From Nitrospirota bacterium (GTDB lineage Bacteria > Nitrospirota > Thermodesulfovibrionia > UBA6902), in contig JACRPZ010000049.1 of the NCBI GenBank assembly GCA_016222905.1, positions 532 to 64,531 on the forward strand: a DNA stretch of 64,000 nucleotides. Reading direction: 5' to 3'. Each line of letters starts with the position of its first letter. Within the stretch, counting starts at the first letter, position 1. Below the pieces are notes generated by a model that saw only the letters and a list, made by a program, of their open reading frames with translations, was not told where the DNA came from and searched no databases. Positions 48,546 through 59,414 of the stretch are shown here, piece by piece. Both the position numbers and the translations under genes were made by a program.

Positions 48546-49027
48546 TTTGAAACCCCCTTTCAATTCTCTTAAATTTTCTTTAACATTTTTTTGTTTTTCT
48601 TAGTCAATGACTAAGAAATTCTCTCTACTACATTCCTCCCTTCCTTAATCACCTCCTTCTTTTATTTAATAGTCAGCAGCAATGAAATAAATAATGATAT
48701 AGCCTTAAAATTAGTTTAATTATATTCAACCAATTAAGTTATGTCAAGCTTTTTTTGCCCCTTTTATTTTCAGTATTCACCATTATATTTTAAAGAGGGG
48801 GCTTTGTCAATATTTATCTTAAAAGATATTAAAGCAATTGCCATGCCATATTAAGAGTTGTTGAAAATAAAGGCTTTTGTTTTGACACAATGTAATATAT
48901 GTATCATTTTTTGTATCCCCTTGTGGATTTTTTGCAATAGTCAAAAGCATGGTAAGGCATAATTACAAATCAAAGGTCTTAAAGTCTCTAATAATGCTAT
49001 TTTAAGTTAGAGCGTAACACTACAAGA

Positions 49028-50032
49028 TTATGGACAATTCTTTAAAGCGCAGACAATCTTATCATAGAGCAATCTCCGCTGAGTGTCCTCGGGGAGCATC
49101 TTATCCTTCATCTTATGAAATTTCCTGGCAAGTCTCCAGAAAATAGTTGTTTCCATGAGATGTATCTGTTTGTGTAATTCAAAAATCGCCTCATCCTTTC
49201 TGCTCATCTCAGATGTTAGACGGTCAACCAGACTACTATTTTCTTTTGATTTTCCCTCAGCTATCCTCATCAAATACAAGAGCGAGTCAGCAGCCCTGAT
49301 GGAACTCAGCAGCCTATCTTCAGATGAGGGAGTAGAGACGCTATAAGTAAACCACTCGGTCATATCAGAGATGTTCGGAATTGCTTCAGAAAGCCAGAAT
49401 GCCTCATAAAAGGAATCCCTGAGGGTAAAGAATGACCTGAACCTGTTCAGAGACAGCACCGAGGAGATAAAAATATCTTCTTTCTTCAGCATGCTGTAAT
49501 GATATTTGGCGAGGGCATCCTTTTTTGTCTCTACCACTTTACCGATGTCAATAAGGGTATTAAATCGAATCGGATTGTACACTTCATAGAAGGCAATTTT
49601 GACTGAAGGGAATCTTTCAATAAGCTCAATGCAGACAATTGCGGTCTCTCTATGGTCAGAATGAAGATCGAAAAGGGGGGGGGAGAAGACCATCTGCGGC
49701 TTTTTGAGTATGAATAGTTCCGAGAGTTTTCCCCTTATCTCATCTTTATGCTGCTGAAATTGTCCGTCAGGCACATGAAGAAAGATAATATCCCTGACAC
49801 CTATTATTTTCATGGCATCTTTAAGCTCTTCCTTCCTCAGGTCAGCCTTATTGTCCTCGGCTATATCTATAGCCTCTCCATCCGAAAGGACGATCACCGT
49901 AAAATCAACTCTCTCAGAATAAAGTGCGATGGTCCCGCCGCACCCGAGTGTCTCATCATCAGGGTGGGGCGAGAGAATAATCGCCCTCTCAATATCAGAA
50001 AATTCGTATCTGATGCCATTCAATTCAGACAT
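49028..50032 (-). CDS. PIG-L family deacetylase with C-terminal coiled coil
   Basis: SPHPDDETLGCGG, DLHSDH and YEV. Confidence 0.9.
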   Translation of the reverse strand: MSELNGIRYEFSDIERAIILSPHPDDETLGCGGTIALYSERVDFTVIVLSDGEAIDIAEDNKADLRKEELKDAMKIIGVRDIIFLHVPDGQFQQHKDEIRGKLSELFILKKPQMVFSPPLFDLHSDHRETAIVCIELIERFPSVKIAFYEVYNPIRFNTLIDIGKVVETKKDALAKYHYSMLKKEDIFISSVLSLNRFRSFFTLRDSFYEAFWLSEAIPNISDMTEWFTYSVSTPSSEDRLLSSIRAADSLLYLMRIAEGKSKENSSLVDRLTSEMSRKDEAIFELHKQIHLMETTIFWRLARKFHKMKDKMLPEDTQRRLLYDKIVCALKNCP

Positions 50033-51111
50033 AATATGTTCTTCATCCTCTCCTGCCAGACAGTTATATCGTAGTTATTTGCTATTATATCCCTGCCCTT
50101 TTCAGAAATCTCTTCATAGAAGTGTTCATCAGAAAAAAGTTTATGGATTGAGTCTTTGATTTTCGCAATAATCTCATTTTTATCCGGCAAACCAATAGGG
50201 ATAGACATGGTTGAGAAAGGCGTATTCAAATAAACCTCTTCAAGAAACCCGACAGAGGCTCCTATTACCGGAAGCCCTGATGCCATTGCCTCTGCAGCAG
50301 CCAATCCAAACCCCTCGTACCTTGACGGGAAGAGCATAAAATCGGACAGGCCGTAGATCTCTCTCATCTGTGTTCTGTTCAGCCCTGAAAGTGTGGTGAT
50401 ATTTTCACCCTCTGGAGGATCGGTCTCTCCACCTGTAGAAGTAACAATAACCCAAAACATATCATTAAGTTCCTTCATCAACCGTTCAGCAATATCTCTG
50501 CCCTTTGAGATTTCCCATCTGCCGACAAAAAGTCCAACTTTCCGATTCTTGGGAATTGCATATTTTTTCCTCAATTCTTCCTTATCATGAATCCTCAAGA
50601 AAAAGCCTGCGTCAACAGGATTTGGTATAAGCTCTACGTCTTCAATGCCATAATAGTTTCTTAGTTCTGATCTCACCCGGTTGCTTACTGCAATTATCTT
50701 AGCCCCCGATGCGGAACTTTGTTCAAGCAACTCGCCAATGATATATCTTATTTCAAGATAGGCGCTTAAAGGAACGAGTCTTCTGAGCGCATCGGCATAA
50801 CCGGCATGGGTTGAGTGGAAAACAGTAAATGTTTTCAGTTTTTTTGGAAAGTATCCTCCGCCATAATACCCATTTGATAAAACGAACTCATAACTGTCTG
50901 AGGAAAACGGCAGCAGGCTCCTGCCGGAAGCATACACCTTTCCGATAAATTCACGATATAGGCTATAGGTATTGCTGAAATCCGAGGCACAGATCATTTC
51001 GGTTTTTATATCCGAAAGCTCTATTAAGCTGATTAAGGTTTTTGTGAATGTCTCTATCCCGCCTGTGCAGGCATCCGGGTTAAAACCTGTAAGTATCAGC
51101 GCCTTCTTCAC
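50020..51111 (-). CDS. Glycosyltransferase family 4
   Basis: GGIE, IPNPVD, FVGR..KG and PSRYEGFGLAAAEAMASGLP; start moved to GTG 51111. Confidence 0.9.
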   Translation of the reverse strand: MKKALILTGFNPDACTGGIETFTKTLISLIELSDIKTEMICASDFSNTYSLYREFIGKVYASGRSLLPFSSDSYEFVLSNGYYGGGYFPKKLKTFTVFHSTHAGYADALRRLVPLSAYLEIRYIIGELLEQSSASGAKIIAVSNRVRSELRNYYGIEDVELIPNPVDAGFFLRIHDKEELRKKYAIPKNRKVGLFVGRWEISKGRDIAERLMKELNDMFWVIVTSTGGETDPPEGENITTLSGLNRTQMREIYGLSDFMLFPSRYEGFGLAAAEAMASGLPVIGASVGFLEEVYLNTPFSTMSIPIGLPDKNEIIAKIKDSIHKLFSDEHFYEEISEKGRDIIANNYDITVWQERMKNILCLN

Positions 51112-51349
51112 AGAATAATACCTTTCAAGAACAAATACTATGCTGTTCAAAAACTTGCAATGCCTAAAAAAATAAAAGCTTCCTAAAGACGCTAATTTTT
51201 TACCCGCCCCATCTGAGGGTTTCATCATACGGATGCAGGGCAAGAACGAGCACTCTTTCACCGTATGGCAGTGACTTATGGCAGGGGATTATCTGCTGCT
51301 CTTTCAGGTGGTTATTCACAAGACTCAAGATTTGCAGGCATACGGGCCG

Positions 51350-53314
51350 TCACTCTTTTGCGCCTGTTACATTTTCAGCAGGAATCTCTTTGGCGGCTGA
51401 CCTGGGTAAATCCTTTAACCCTTCCGTCCTGTTTATGAATTCATCTGTCATGGCCTTTGCCTCGCTTGCGGATTTCACCACCTTCGGGGTTATCATAACT
51501 ACAAGCTCTGTTCTGTCCTTTGAGTGATTTGTATACCCGAAGAGATAACCTAACAATGGAATGTCCTTTAATATTGGAATACCTTCTCTGGACGTGCCTT
51601 TGTTCTCCTGAATCAATCCGCCTATTACGATTGTCTGTCCGTTCTGAATGACCACATTGGTCTCCGCTGTCCTGTTGGAGATGATTGGATTATCGCCGAC
51701 ACCAGACTCCGGATCCACGCTTGACACCTCCTGTGATATTTCAAGCGATACAAGGCCTCCTTCGTTTATGTGAGGCTTAACTTTAAGGACAACACCGGTA
51801 TCTCTGTACTGAATAGAGTAAACCGTCTCTCCTCCGGTGGTGACGCTTGTTGATGTCTGCACAGGCACCTGCTTGCCGACCTGTATCTTTGCCTCCCTGT
51901 TGTCTGATGCCATGATGTGCGGGGACGCAAGAACCTTCACTTTTGACTCTGAGGCAAGTGTTTGCAGAAGCCCCCTTATTAGCCCCGCCGAATCAATGGC
52001 CGCAAAGCTAAAGCCTGACATGGCAAGAGGAGCGGCAGGTTCAAAGGAGAGCGATTGAGAGCCGAATGAGGTCATACCGGAAAGCGGGGTGTCTTTAAAA
52101 GTGAAGCCGGACTTTAAAAACCACTCTATTCCGAACTTCAATTTATCAGTAAGGGTGACCTCTGCGACAAGGGCCTCTATCATAACCTGTCTCGGCACAA
52201 TATCAATCTTGGTTATTGTCTTGGCTATAAGTTCATAGTCTTTCGGTGTAGCATATATTATTATGGTATTTGCGATCTCGTCAGGGAATATTCTTGTTAT
52301 ATCCGACACCAGAGATTCACCGCCTGACAATACCGAAGAGGCCGGAGGCGCCGTGCTTGCAACAGCTGCAGGTTGTCCTGTTTCCTTGCTTTTTGATGAT
52401 GCCTGCTGCGATTCCTTGACAGGTGTTCTTGACGACTCTTTTTTGCCTCCCAAAAATATCTGCTGGAGCACCCCGGCAACATCCTTTGCATTGCTGTTCT
52501 GAACAGGATAGACAAAGACCTCGGGACGAGATCCTTCAAAGATGGCATCGAATGTCTCAACCCATTTTCTGACATAATCAAGCTGCTCTTTTGTGGATGC
52601 CACAACAAGGATTCCGTTAAGCCGCTCCACAGGAAGCAAACGTACCTTCGCTCCGTTAACAGATACGCCCGTTGCATTTTCTATATCTTTAAGGGAATCT
52701 TTTATGTTCAGGTTCTTGAACGTGAAGAGTTCCATAGCAACGCTGCCGGGCTCTTTGCCAATCTGGGAATAGATCAATTCCCCTGAAACAACTTCAATAG
52801 GCACTATCCGGAAAAGTCCGTTTTCCTGCACAAACCCGACGCCATTGAGCCTTAGGATAGTCTCAATCACGGGAAGAACTTCGCCTATTGGAATAGGCGT
52901 AACTGTTCTGAAGTTTACCCTCCCCTTAACACGCGAGTCTATAATATAATTCACCTTCAGCACCTCGCCAAAGACTGACTGTATGACTTCAAACATATCT
53001 ACGTCATCAAAGAAGAAACTGACTTTGCCCTTGCTCACTGAAAGCTGTTTGGCAGAAGGGGCAGCCGGGGGGGACTCTTTGACTGACTGAGAAGCAGGGG
53101 CATGATCTTCCGGCTTTGCAATATCGCCGCTTGTCTGCTCCGTCTCAGCAGGCGGCGCGAGTGGTTTTTCCTCGGCGCCTGGCTGTGCGGCAGGGGCAGG
53201 AGCCCCTACCTTTACGGTATCGTTAAGCAACAGACCCTGTGCCTGACCCGTGTCAGGCGGCAATAAATTTATGATGCAAACAGCTATAAACAAGGTTATA
53301 AACCTTCTATACAT
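51350..53314 (-). CDS. gspD: Type II secretion secretin GspD
   Basis: N0 domain NYIIDSRVKGRV, QVMIEALVAEV, VLASP, YRDTGVVLKVKP, GGLI and IPLLGYLF. Confidence 0.9.
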   Translation of the reverse strand: MYRRFITLFIAVCIINLLPPDTGQAQGLLLNDTVKVGAPAPAAQPGAEEKPLAPPAETEQTSGDIAKPEDHAPASQSVKESPPAAPSAKQLSVSKGKVSFFFDDVDMFEVIQSVFGEVLKVNYIIDSRVKGRVNFRTVTPIPIGEVLPVIETILRLNGVGFVQENGLFRIVPIEVVSGELIYSQIGKEPGSVAMELFTFKNLNIKDSLKDIENATGVSVNGAKVRLLPVERLNGILVVASTKEQLDYVRKWVETFDAIFEGSRPEVFVYPVQNSNAKDVAGVLQQIFLGGKKESSRTPVKESQQASSKSKETGQPAAVASTAPPASSVLSGGESLVSDITRIFPDEIANTIIIYATPKDYELIAKTITKIDIVPRQVMIEALVAEVTLTDKLKFGIEWFLKSGFTFKDTPLSGMTSFGSQSLSFEPAAPLAMSGFSFAAIDSAGLIRGLLQTLASESKVKVLASPHIMASDNREAKIQVGKQVPVQTSTSVTTGGETVYSIQYRDTGVVLKVKPHINEGGLVSLEISQEVSSVDPESGVGDNPIISNRTAETNVVIQNGQTIVIGGLIQENKGTSREGIPILKDIPLLGYLFGYTNHSKDRTELVVMITPKVVKSASEAKAMTDEFINRTEGLKDLPRSAAKEIPAENVTGAKE

Positions 53315-53576
53315 AAATACCTCTCTTAGTAAACTGGGTTATTTAAGATAATTTATTTGCCTGCCTAAGGTCAAGGCATTAATGGACTTCTAATACCATA
53401 TTTTCAAATATAGAGAAGCTTACAAAGCATTAAAAGAGCCTGAACAGAAATAGGACAAAGGGATTTATCAGTTGGCGACAGTTTGTAGTAATGTTAATTA
53501 GAATCTGCTCGTCAGAGACAATATTACATTATATTTTTCAGATAAAGAGCTTAGCCTGAAGTGGTTTTAAATTCCT

Positions 53577-55025
53577 TCATTGTTTTACAAGGGGAGGAAA
53601 TGGAAAGTCCTGTTTTATGAAATCCTCGATGCCATAGCTGTAAAAAACCTCGACCCTGACTCCAGCTTTAGTTGATTCATGCAGCGCTTTTTTAAACACA
53701 TCTTTGAGCTTTTCTTTCTCTATTAAAGTATGATGCTGCTCGTATACAAATTCTCTATATGTTTTAACATTGTATGTTTCAAGCGCTTGGCACAGTACAC
53801 TAACGGAAGGATATCGTAACCTTTTAAAGAACAATCCAGCAAATCGCACCAGTTTGGTAATGACAGGATATTGAAGTCCTTTCAGGAAATTTCCTGTTTT
53901 CCGTACCAATTTATTAAAATTAGGACAGCGTTTCCCATTCATGAGATTTCCTGCTAATTTTATCAGTTGAGGCAACTCATGGTAATTTTTTTTCATCAGC
54001 ACGAAGGAAAAACTTATATAGAAGTCATGCTTTTTCTGTGATGCATAGGAAAGAAGGTACTTTATACTATCTAAGAGCTTGTCGTAATTTACATTTATCC
54101 TGGTGGATTCCAGCGTTTCCTTTGTAGCACCATCCATGCTTATATTCAGTTTCAGAGGGATCTTTTTATCAATTAAATAGCGTATATTGTGTGGTGATAA
54201 AAGAATTCCGTTAGTGGATAAAGAGAGCTTAATCCCGCTGTTTACAAGATAATCCGCAACCTTTTGCCAATTCTTGTAGAATAGAAATTCTGTGCCATTC
54301 ATGAAGAAATCAATAATATCATCTGTGCGGCTGAAAGCCTCTTTAAGATGTCTTTCGTCAAGCTCACAGCCGTTAACAATTGTACCGGCATATTTGCCAG
54401 GACACATTACACATCGTGCATTACACCGGTTTGTAAGTTCAACCTGCCTGAACGCTCCCACCACAGGAGGATGTAAATCACCTTGTATGAAAGCCTTTGC
54501 TATACTACCGATGACACGTAATTTATTTATTGCGTAAGAAACTGTAACAGGATATGAAACTTTTTTTCTTTCCATGTCATCTAATGCGGTAAAATACTTT
54601 TCAAGAACATCCCCCGTATTACTGCTGGCGGACTTAAGGTCAAATTGGGGCAATATGTCATATATAACATTATTTTTATGTCCGAAATATTCATTAATTA
54701 TTTGAGCGTTATAATGAAAAGCCGTAAACAGTTCTGTCTTTAAAGGACGTGAGGTCCCGTTGTAATAGCAGTTTTTACATTCTTCATTCGGAAAATTGCC
54801 GAGTACAATACTTTTTCGAAATTTCTGGAACTCCTCACTATGCCAACAATTTTCAAGTCCCTTTTCTTGCCAGTTACCAAATATCCTGCTGTTCCGGCAG
54901 CACGTCAACAAATGCCCGCTGTTATATAAAACAGCTTCTACCCATGGTGCAGCACAAAAACCCTTAAGGGCTATATTGTCTGATGCGCTCTCAACCTTTT
55001 TCTGTTCTGTCACCAGTGTAGTCAT
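53577..55025 (-). CDS. Radical SAM protein with N-terminal SPASM/twitch-like domain
   Basis: FCAAPW..TCC..W.S..F..FR..CKNC, then CNARCVMC, STNG and ISMDG. Confidence 0.85.
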   Translation of the reverse strand: MTTLVTEQKKVESASDNIALKGFCAAPWVEAVLYNSGHLLTCCRNSRIFGNWQEKGLENCWHSEEFQKFRKSIVLGNFPNEECKNCYYNGTSRPLKTELFTAFHYNAQIINEYFGHKNNVIYDILPQFDLKSASSNTGDVLEKYFTALDDMERKKVSYPVTVSYAINKLRVIGSIAKAFIQGDLHPPVVGAFRQVELTNRCNARCVMCPGKYAGTIVNGCELDERHLKEAFSRTDDIIDFFMNGTEFLFYKNWQKVADYLVNSGIKLSLSTNGILLSPHNIRYLIDKKIPLKLNISMDGATKETLESTRINVNYDKLLDSIKYLLSYASQKKHDFYISFSFVLMKKNYHELPQLIKLAGNLMNGKRCPNFNKLVRKTGNFLKGLQYPVITKLVRFAGLFFKRLRYPSVSVLCQALETYNVKTYREFVYEQHHTLIEKEKLKDVFKKALHESTKAGVRVEVFYSYGIEDFIKQDFPFPPLVKQ

Positions 55026-55067
55026 ATATAAAGAAATGTTATTTTTTTGTTAAATATATTAAGTAAA

Positions 55068-55880
55068 TTACAGGGGTTTAATCGCTTCAAATATCAACCC
55101 ATTATTGCCTATGATTCCATAACCAGGCTTATATATACAGTACATATTTGTTGAAAACCCTAAGTGTTTTAATTTACAGAGCATCTCCAGGGAAAAAATC
55201 TTATAAACCAATGCCCCCTCGTTCCTTAGTGGATCTTGATGATAAACAGGCTCTTTTAAATGTATTTCCTGCCCATCTTTAATAATACATCTATCTTCAT
55301 CAAGATATCCTGTCTGGTAAAAAGGAACACTGAAAATATGCCGGCCCCCGGGTTTTAAAATTCTATAAATTTCTCTATGGGCAAGGTATGGATCAGGCAT
55401 ATGTTCAAACACATCAGCAGAGATGGCAAGGTCAACGCTTTCATCTTGTAAAGATAGAGCCATTAAGTCCTGGTGTTCGACCTTTCCAATTATATCTCCA
55501 CTCTTATGCATTGCTCCAAAATAACCACTGAATTTATAGTTTCGTGAATGTGATAAAATTTCATGTATAGCACCATTGGGTTCAGTATTGTAAATATAAA
55601 TGTCGTTCAGTTTCGCAATTTCCCTTAAAGATCTCAACTTCTTATTCTTTATGCCGGATATGCTCTCACACACAATATATGCAAGCTGTCTTTTTCTGTT
55701 ATTCGCCCTGCATCTTATGCAAAAACAGCTTTCTCTCGGGTTTTCTTTTAACACCATTAGAAATATGGTAACCTTACCGCATACAGGACAAAATCCTGCC
55801 CATGAATTCATAAATGTCATTATCCGTTCCTGCCATCTTGGAGGATGATATTTTATTGGATACATCAGAAAATCTGACAT
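55068..55880 (-). CDS. Class I SAM-dependent methyltransferase with Zn-binding N-terminus
   Basis: CPVCG/CIRC, QDLMAL, DVFEHMPDP and LKPGGRHIFSVP. Confidence 0.85.
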   Translation of the reverse strand: MSDFLMYPIKYHPPRWQERIMTFMNSWAGFCPVCGKVTIFLMVLKENPRESCFCIRCRANNRKRQLAYIVCESISGIKNKKLRSLREIAKLNDIYIYNTEPNGAIHEILSHSRNYKFSGYFGAMHKSGDIIGKVEHQDLMALSLQDESVDLAISADVFEHMPDPYLAHREIYRILKPGGRHIFSVPFYQTGYLDEDRCIIKDGQEIHLKEPVYHQDPLRNEGALVYKIFSLEMLCKLKHLGFSTNMYCIYKPGYGIIGNNGLIFEAIKPL

Positions 55881-58070
55881 TTATTCTCCTGCGATTATCC
55901 CTAACTCTGCAAACATCTTTTGTAATTTTTCATGTGCAATTTCTGCCGAAAAATTATTTTTCATAGATTCAGCAGAATTATCTGATATTTTTTTCCACCT
56001 ATCCCCTGACCTGTAAAGTTCGACCACTTTATTGGCAAAATCAGATGGTTCATCTGCAATTAGCGCATCAAAACCATCTTTCAAGTCTAAACCTTCTGCG
56101 CCAATCGTGGTTGTTACAACCGGAAGCCCATAGCTCATGCTCTGTATTATCTTACCCTTGGCGCCGGCACCAAATCTTAAGGGCGCTACAAAAATCCTGC
56201 TGTTTTGAAAAAAAAGAGATACATCCTCAACATATCCAATTCCCTTGATCCTTGCGGAAGACAGTTTAGCGATACTTTTGGGAAGATAACTTCCGAGAAT
56301 GTTGAAATCAACATCGGGCAATTCCTTGTGAATCAAAGGCAATATCTCACGGACAAACCATAATACGGCATCTTCATTAGGGGGATGAACAAATCCCCCT
56401 ATATAGAGCAACCCCTTTGTTTCATAATATTGTTTGATCTTTAGGTTGGGGAGCGGGTAGACAAGGGGTATGAGGTATACTTTGATATTTGGATTTTCCT
56501 TTAGTAGCAGATCCCTCTCAAATGAACTAAGCACTACCACTGCATCGCTAATAGAAGATAAATAGAGTTCGTCTTTTTTTGATTTTAAAGCGGCTTCCAT
56601 AGCTGTTTTATTAGATTCTATTTCCGCTCTTCTCATCTCCCTGAGGTACGTAAGGTCATGGCAGTCGTATATAACTTTCATGTGAGTTTTTGCTTTAATG
56701 GCATGAATATATTTAATAGCGATGTGAGGTCTTGATAGAAAGGCAATATCAAAATATTTTCCATATGTATTTAAATAATCTTCGAATTTCTCATTCCCGT
56801 AAATAACCTCAACTCCCATTTGCTGAAGTTTGTAAGTGTAAGGCTCCATTTTTGTGAGGTTGTCCGGCCAAAAGGTTATATGAAACCCCATAGATACAAA
56901 AATCTTAAGATATTCATAAGTTCTTACTGACCCTGCATCCTTATCATAAGTCGGCACATAATGATCTATAAAAAGCATCCTTTTCCTTATTTTGTGATCC
57001 CTATGCTTTGCAAGAAAAACATCCTTGCCTGGATGCAGATGTTCATTTGTCAAAATATCCTTTTGTTTTTCTTTAAATTTTTCCCTGTTTATTTCCTGAT
57101 ACATTTTCATTCCTTTAGTAACGTCTGTTCCTGCAGTTACCCCCTCAAAATGAATTACTTCCGCACATGGCTGATATATAGTTTTATAACCCTTTTTTCT
57201 TAAAGTAAAGGCAAGATCAGTATCCTCGTAATATGCGGGTGAATATCTATCATCAAATCCTCCAGCCTTTTTAAATAAACTTTTTCTAATAAGCATACAA
57301 GCCCCTGAACAATAATCTACTTCTCGTAAATAATTATATTCGTATTTCCCGGGATCGTCATATATCCCATAGTTCCACGCCGTACCGTCAGCCCATACTA
57401 TCCCTCCCGCTTCCTGAAGTCTCCCATCAGGATATAATAATTTGGGGCCGACAATGCCGACTGTGCTGCTGTTTTTTGCCACTTCCAATAGTTGCCTCAA
57501 CCAGCCCGATGTAACTTTAGTATCATTGTTCAGAAAAACCAGGTATTCGCCTTTGGCAACTATCGCGCCAGCATTACATGCCGGGATAAAACCAAGATTT
57601 TCATCATTCTTTATAACTACTATATTTTGAATATTTTTTAAAACGTTATCTGTGTTGTCAGTAGAGGCATTGTTGACTATTATTACCTCGTAAGAAGTCT
57701 CTTTAGTGTTTTCAAGGATTGATTCAAGACAGTTAAATGTATACATTGCTTTATTAAATACAGGAATGATTATAGATACTTCCGGATTTTCATACCTTGG
57801 CAAGGAAAGGGCTTTTATATCGGTAGATATGGTACTTTTAAGTTTTGATGCACGAATCTCTGGGAGTTCTGAAGGGAGTTTTGCTTTTGCCCTGCGAAAA
57901 AATCTTCTCAGGCCTTCACTCCTGATTACATAAATACTTTTAAACATAAGGTCGTAGAATCTTCTTTGTCTGGATCCTTGAGGGAAAAATTTTACTTTTA
58001 ATTGTCTGTATCTTGAAATCAGTTGCCACCCAAATGAATCATATATTTCTGAGAGTATAAAATCTCTCTC

Positions 58071-58286
58071 TGCAACAATTCTACGTATTTCAGTTTCTTT
58101 TACCGCGATTTCAGCCTCTTTTTCTGCAACAATTCTACGTATTTCAGTTTCTTTTACCGCGATTTCAGCCTCTTTTTCTGCAACAATTCTACGTATTTCA
58201 GTTTCTTTTGCCGCGATTTCAGCCTCTTTTTCTGTGATCATTCTACGTATTTCAGGTTCTTTCCCTGAGATTACAGCCTCTTTCTC
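58071..58286 (-). repeat. Four 54-bp tandem repeats encoding a coiled coil
   Basis: EKEAEIAVKETEIRRIVA units; two identical copies, one with a single mismatch, one diverged. Confidence 0.9.
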
Positions 58287-58926
58287 TGAAATTATTTTAT
58301 TTTTATTAGCAATTATCGTGTCTTTTTCCGATAAATTTTCCTTAAGACTCTCTCTCTCTCTAACGAGGAACTGAATTGTTTTATGAGAAATTTTATCCCG
58401 ATGCTTATAAAATATTTTTGAAAATGCTTCATCTGTTTGCCCTGAATATTTAGCTTTTTCAGTGATTTGGGAATCCCTGCTCCATAAATTATAAATTGCT
58501 GTAACTTTTCTTATGTGATGGAACTGATATCTTGCAGACAACCTTATCAACACATCCCAGTCCTCATAAAGATCAAAGGTTTCGTCTAAACCATGGATCT
58601 CTTTGAGAACTGCTTTTGGAAACAATAGGCACATGAAAGGAATGAAATTTTTTACTAAGAGCTCATCAACAGAGAAATCATTAGAATATATAATCGTCTT
58701 CTTATTTCCTTCTGAGACATTATCATCGTAGGAATGTAGAATTTTACAATCTGCATAAGTGATTTTATTAGAGTTTTCAAGCAAGAACTCGGTTAAAGTA
58801 GCCACATGCTCCGGGTAATACTCATCGTCATCATCCAGAAACCCGATATAGTCGCCCTTTGCATTCTCAATCCCGACATTTCCTGCGTGCGCCCTGCCGG
58901 TGTTCTTCTCCAGTCTTATGTAGTTC

Positions 58927-58966
58927 AGCGGAATATCTCCAAGCATAGCGGAATATCTCCAAGCAT
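58927..58966. repeat. Perfect 20-bp tandem duplication
   Basis: AGCGGAATATCTCCAAGCAT twice. Confidence 0.95.
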
Positions 58967-59273
58967 ATTCTTCAGCTCTTCGACATTTAGGTCGCAGCCC
59001 CCGTCATTGACAAGCACAACCTCAATCTGCCTGTAGGTCTGCTCCGCTATGCTCTTAATGGCATTCTTCAAGAGTTTTGGCCTGTCTTTTGTCCTTACGA
59101 TTATTGAAACCAACGGTTTTTTCTCTTCCAATGTTGTGATAACCCTCTTCTGCTCTTTATTTCAGTCAAGATATTATATTTAAATCTGCGCTTTAATTTC
59201 TATACAACCGGATATGATCATAAGAGACAACTTTATCGGAATTCGGAGAAGAAAGGAGTTAGGTGATATCAGA

Positions 59274-59414
59274 TTACCAGGCGCCTTCTTTTTTGATGAC
59301 TATCTTTACTGTCTTTAACAGAATAACAATGTCAAGCCAGAGATTCCAGTTTCTTACATACCATGAATCAAGGGCGACCCTGTAAGCATAGCCGGTGCTG
59401 CTCCTGCCGCTCAC
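59274..59414 (-). pseudogene. 3' fragment of a WbaP/WcaJ-type undecaprenyl-phosphate sugar phosphotransferase
   Basis: VSGRSSTGYAYRVALDSWYVRNWNLWLDIVILLKTVKIVIKKEGAW* is the conserved Bac_transf C-terminus; upstream part absent. Confidence 0.85.

Larger units (their letters stand above)
55881..59131 (-). pseudogene. Multidomain glycosyltransferase (GT2 - coiled coil - GT2 - GT4-like), frameshifted near the 5' end by a 20-bp tandem duplication
   Basis: ORF 58925-59131 (PLVSIIVRTKDR..VVLVNDGG) joins ORF 55881-58946 into 1076 aa if one copy of AGCGGAATATCTCCAAGCAT is removed. Confidence 0.8.
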
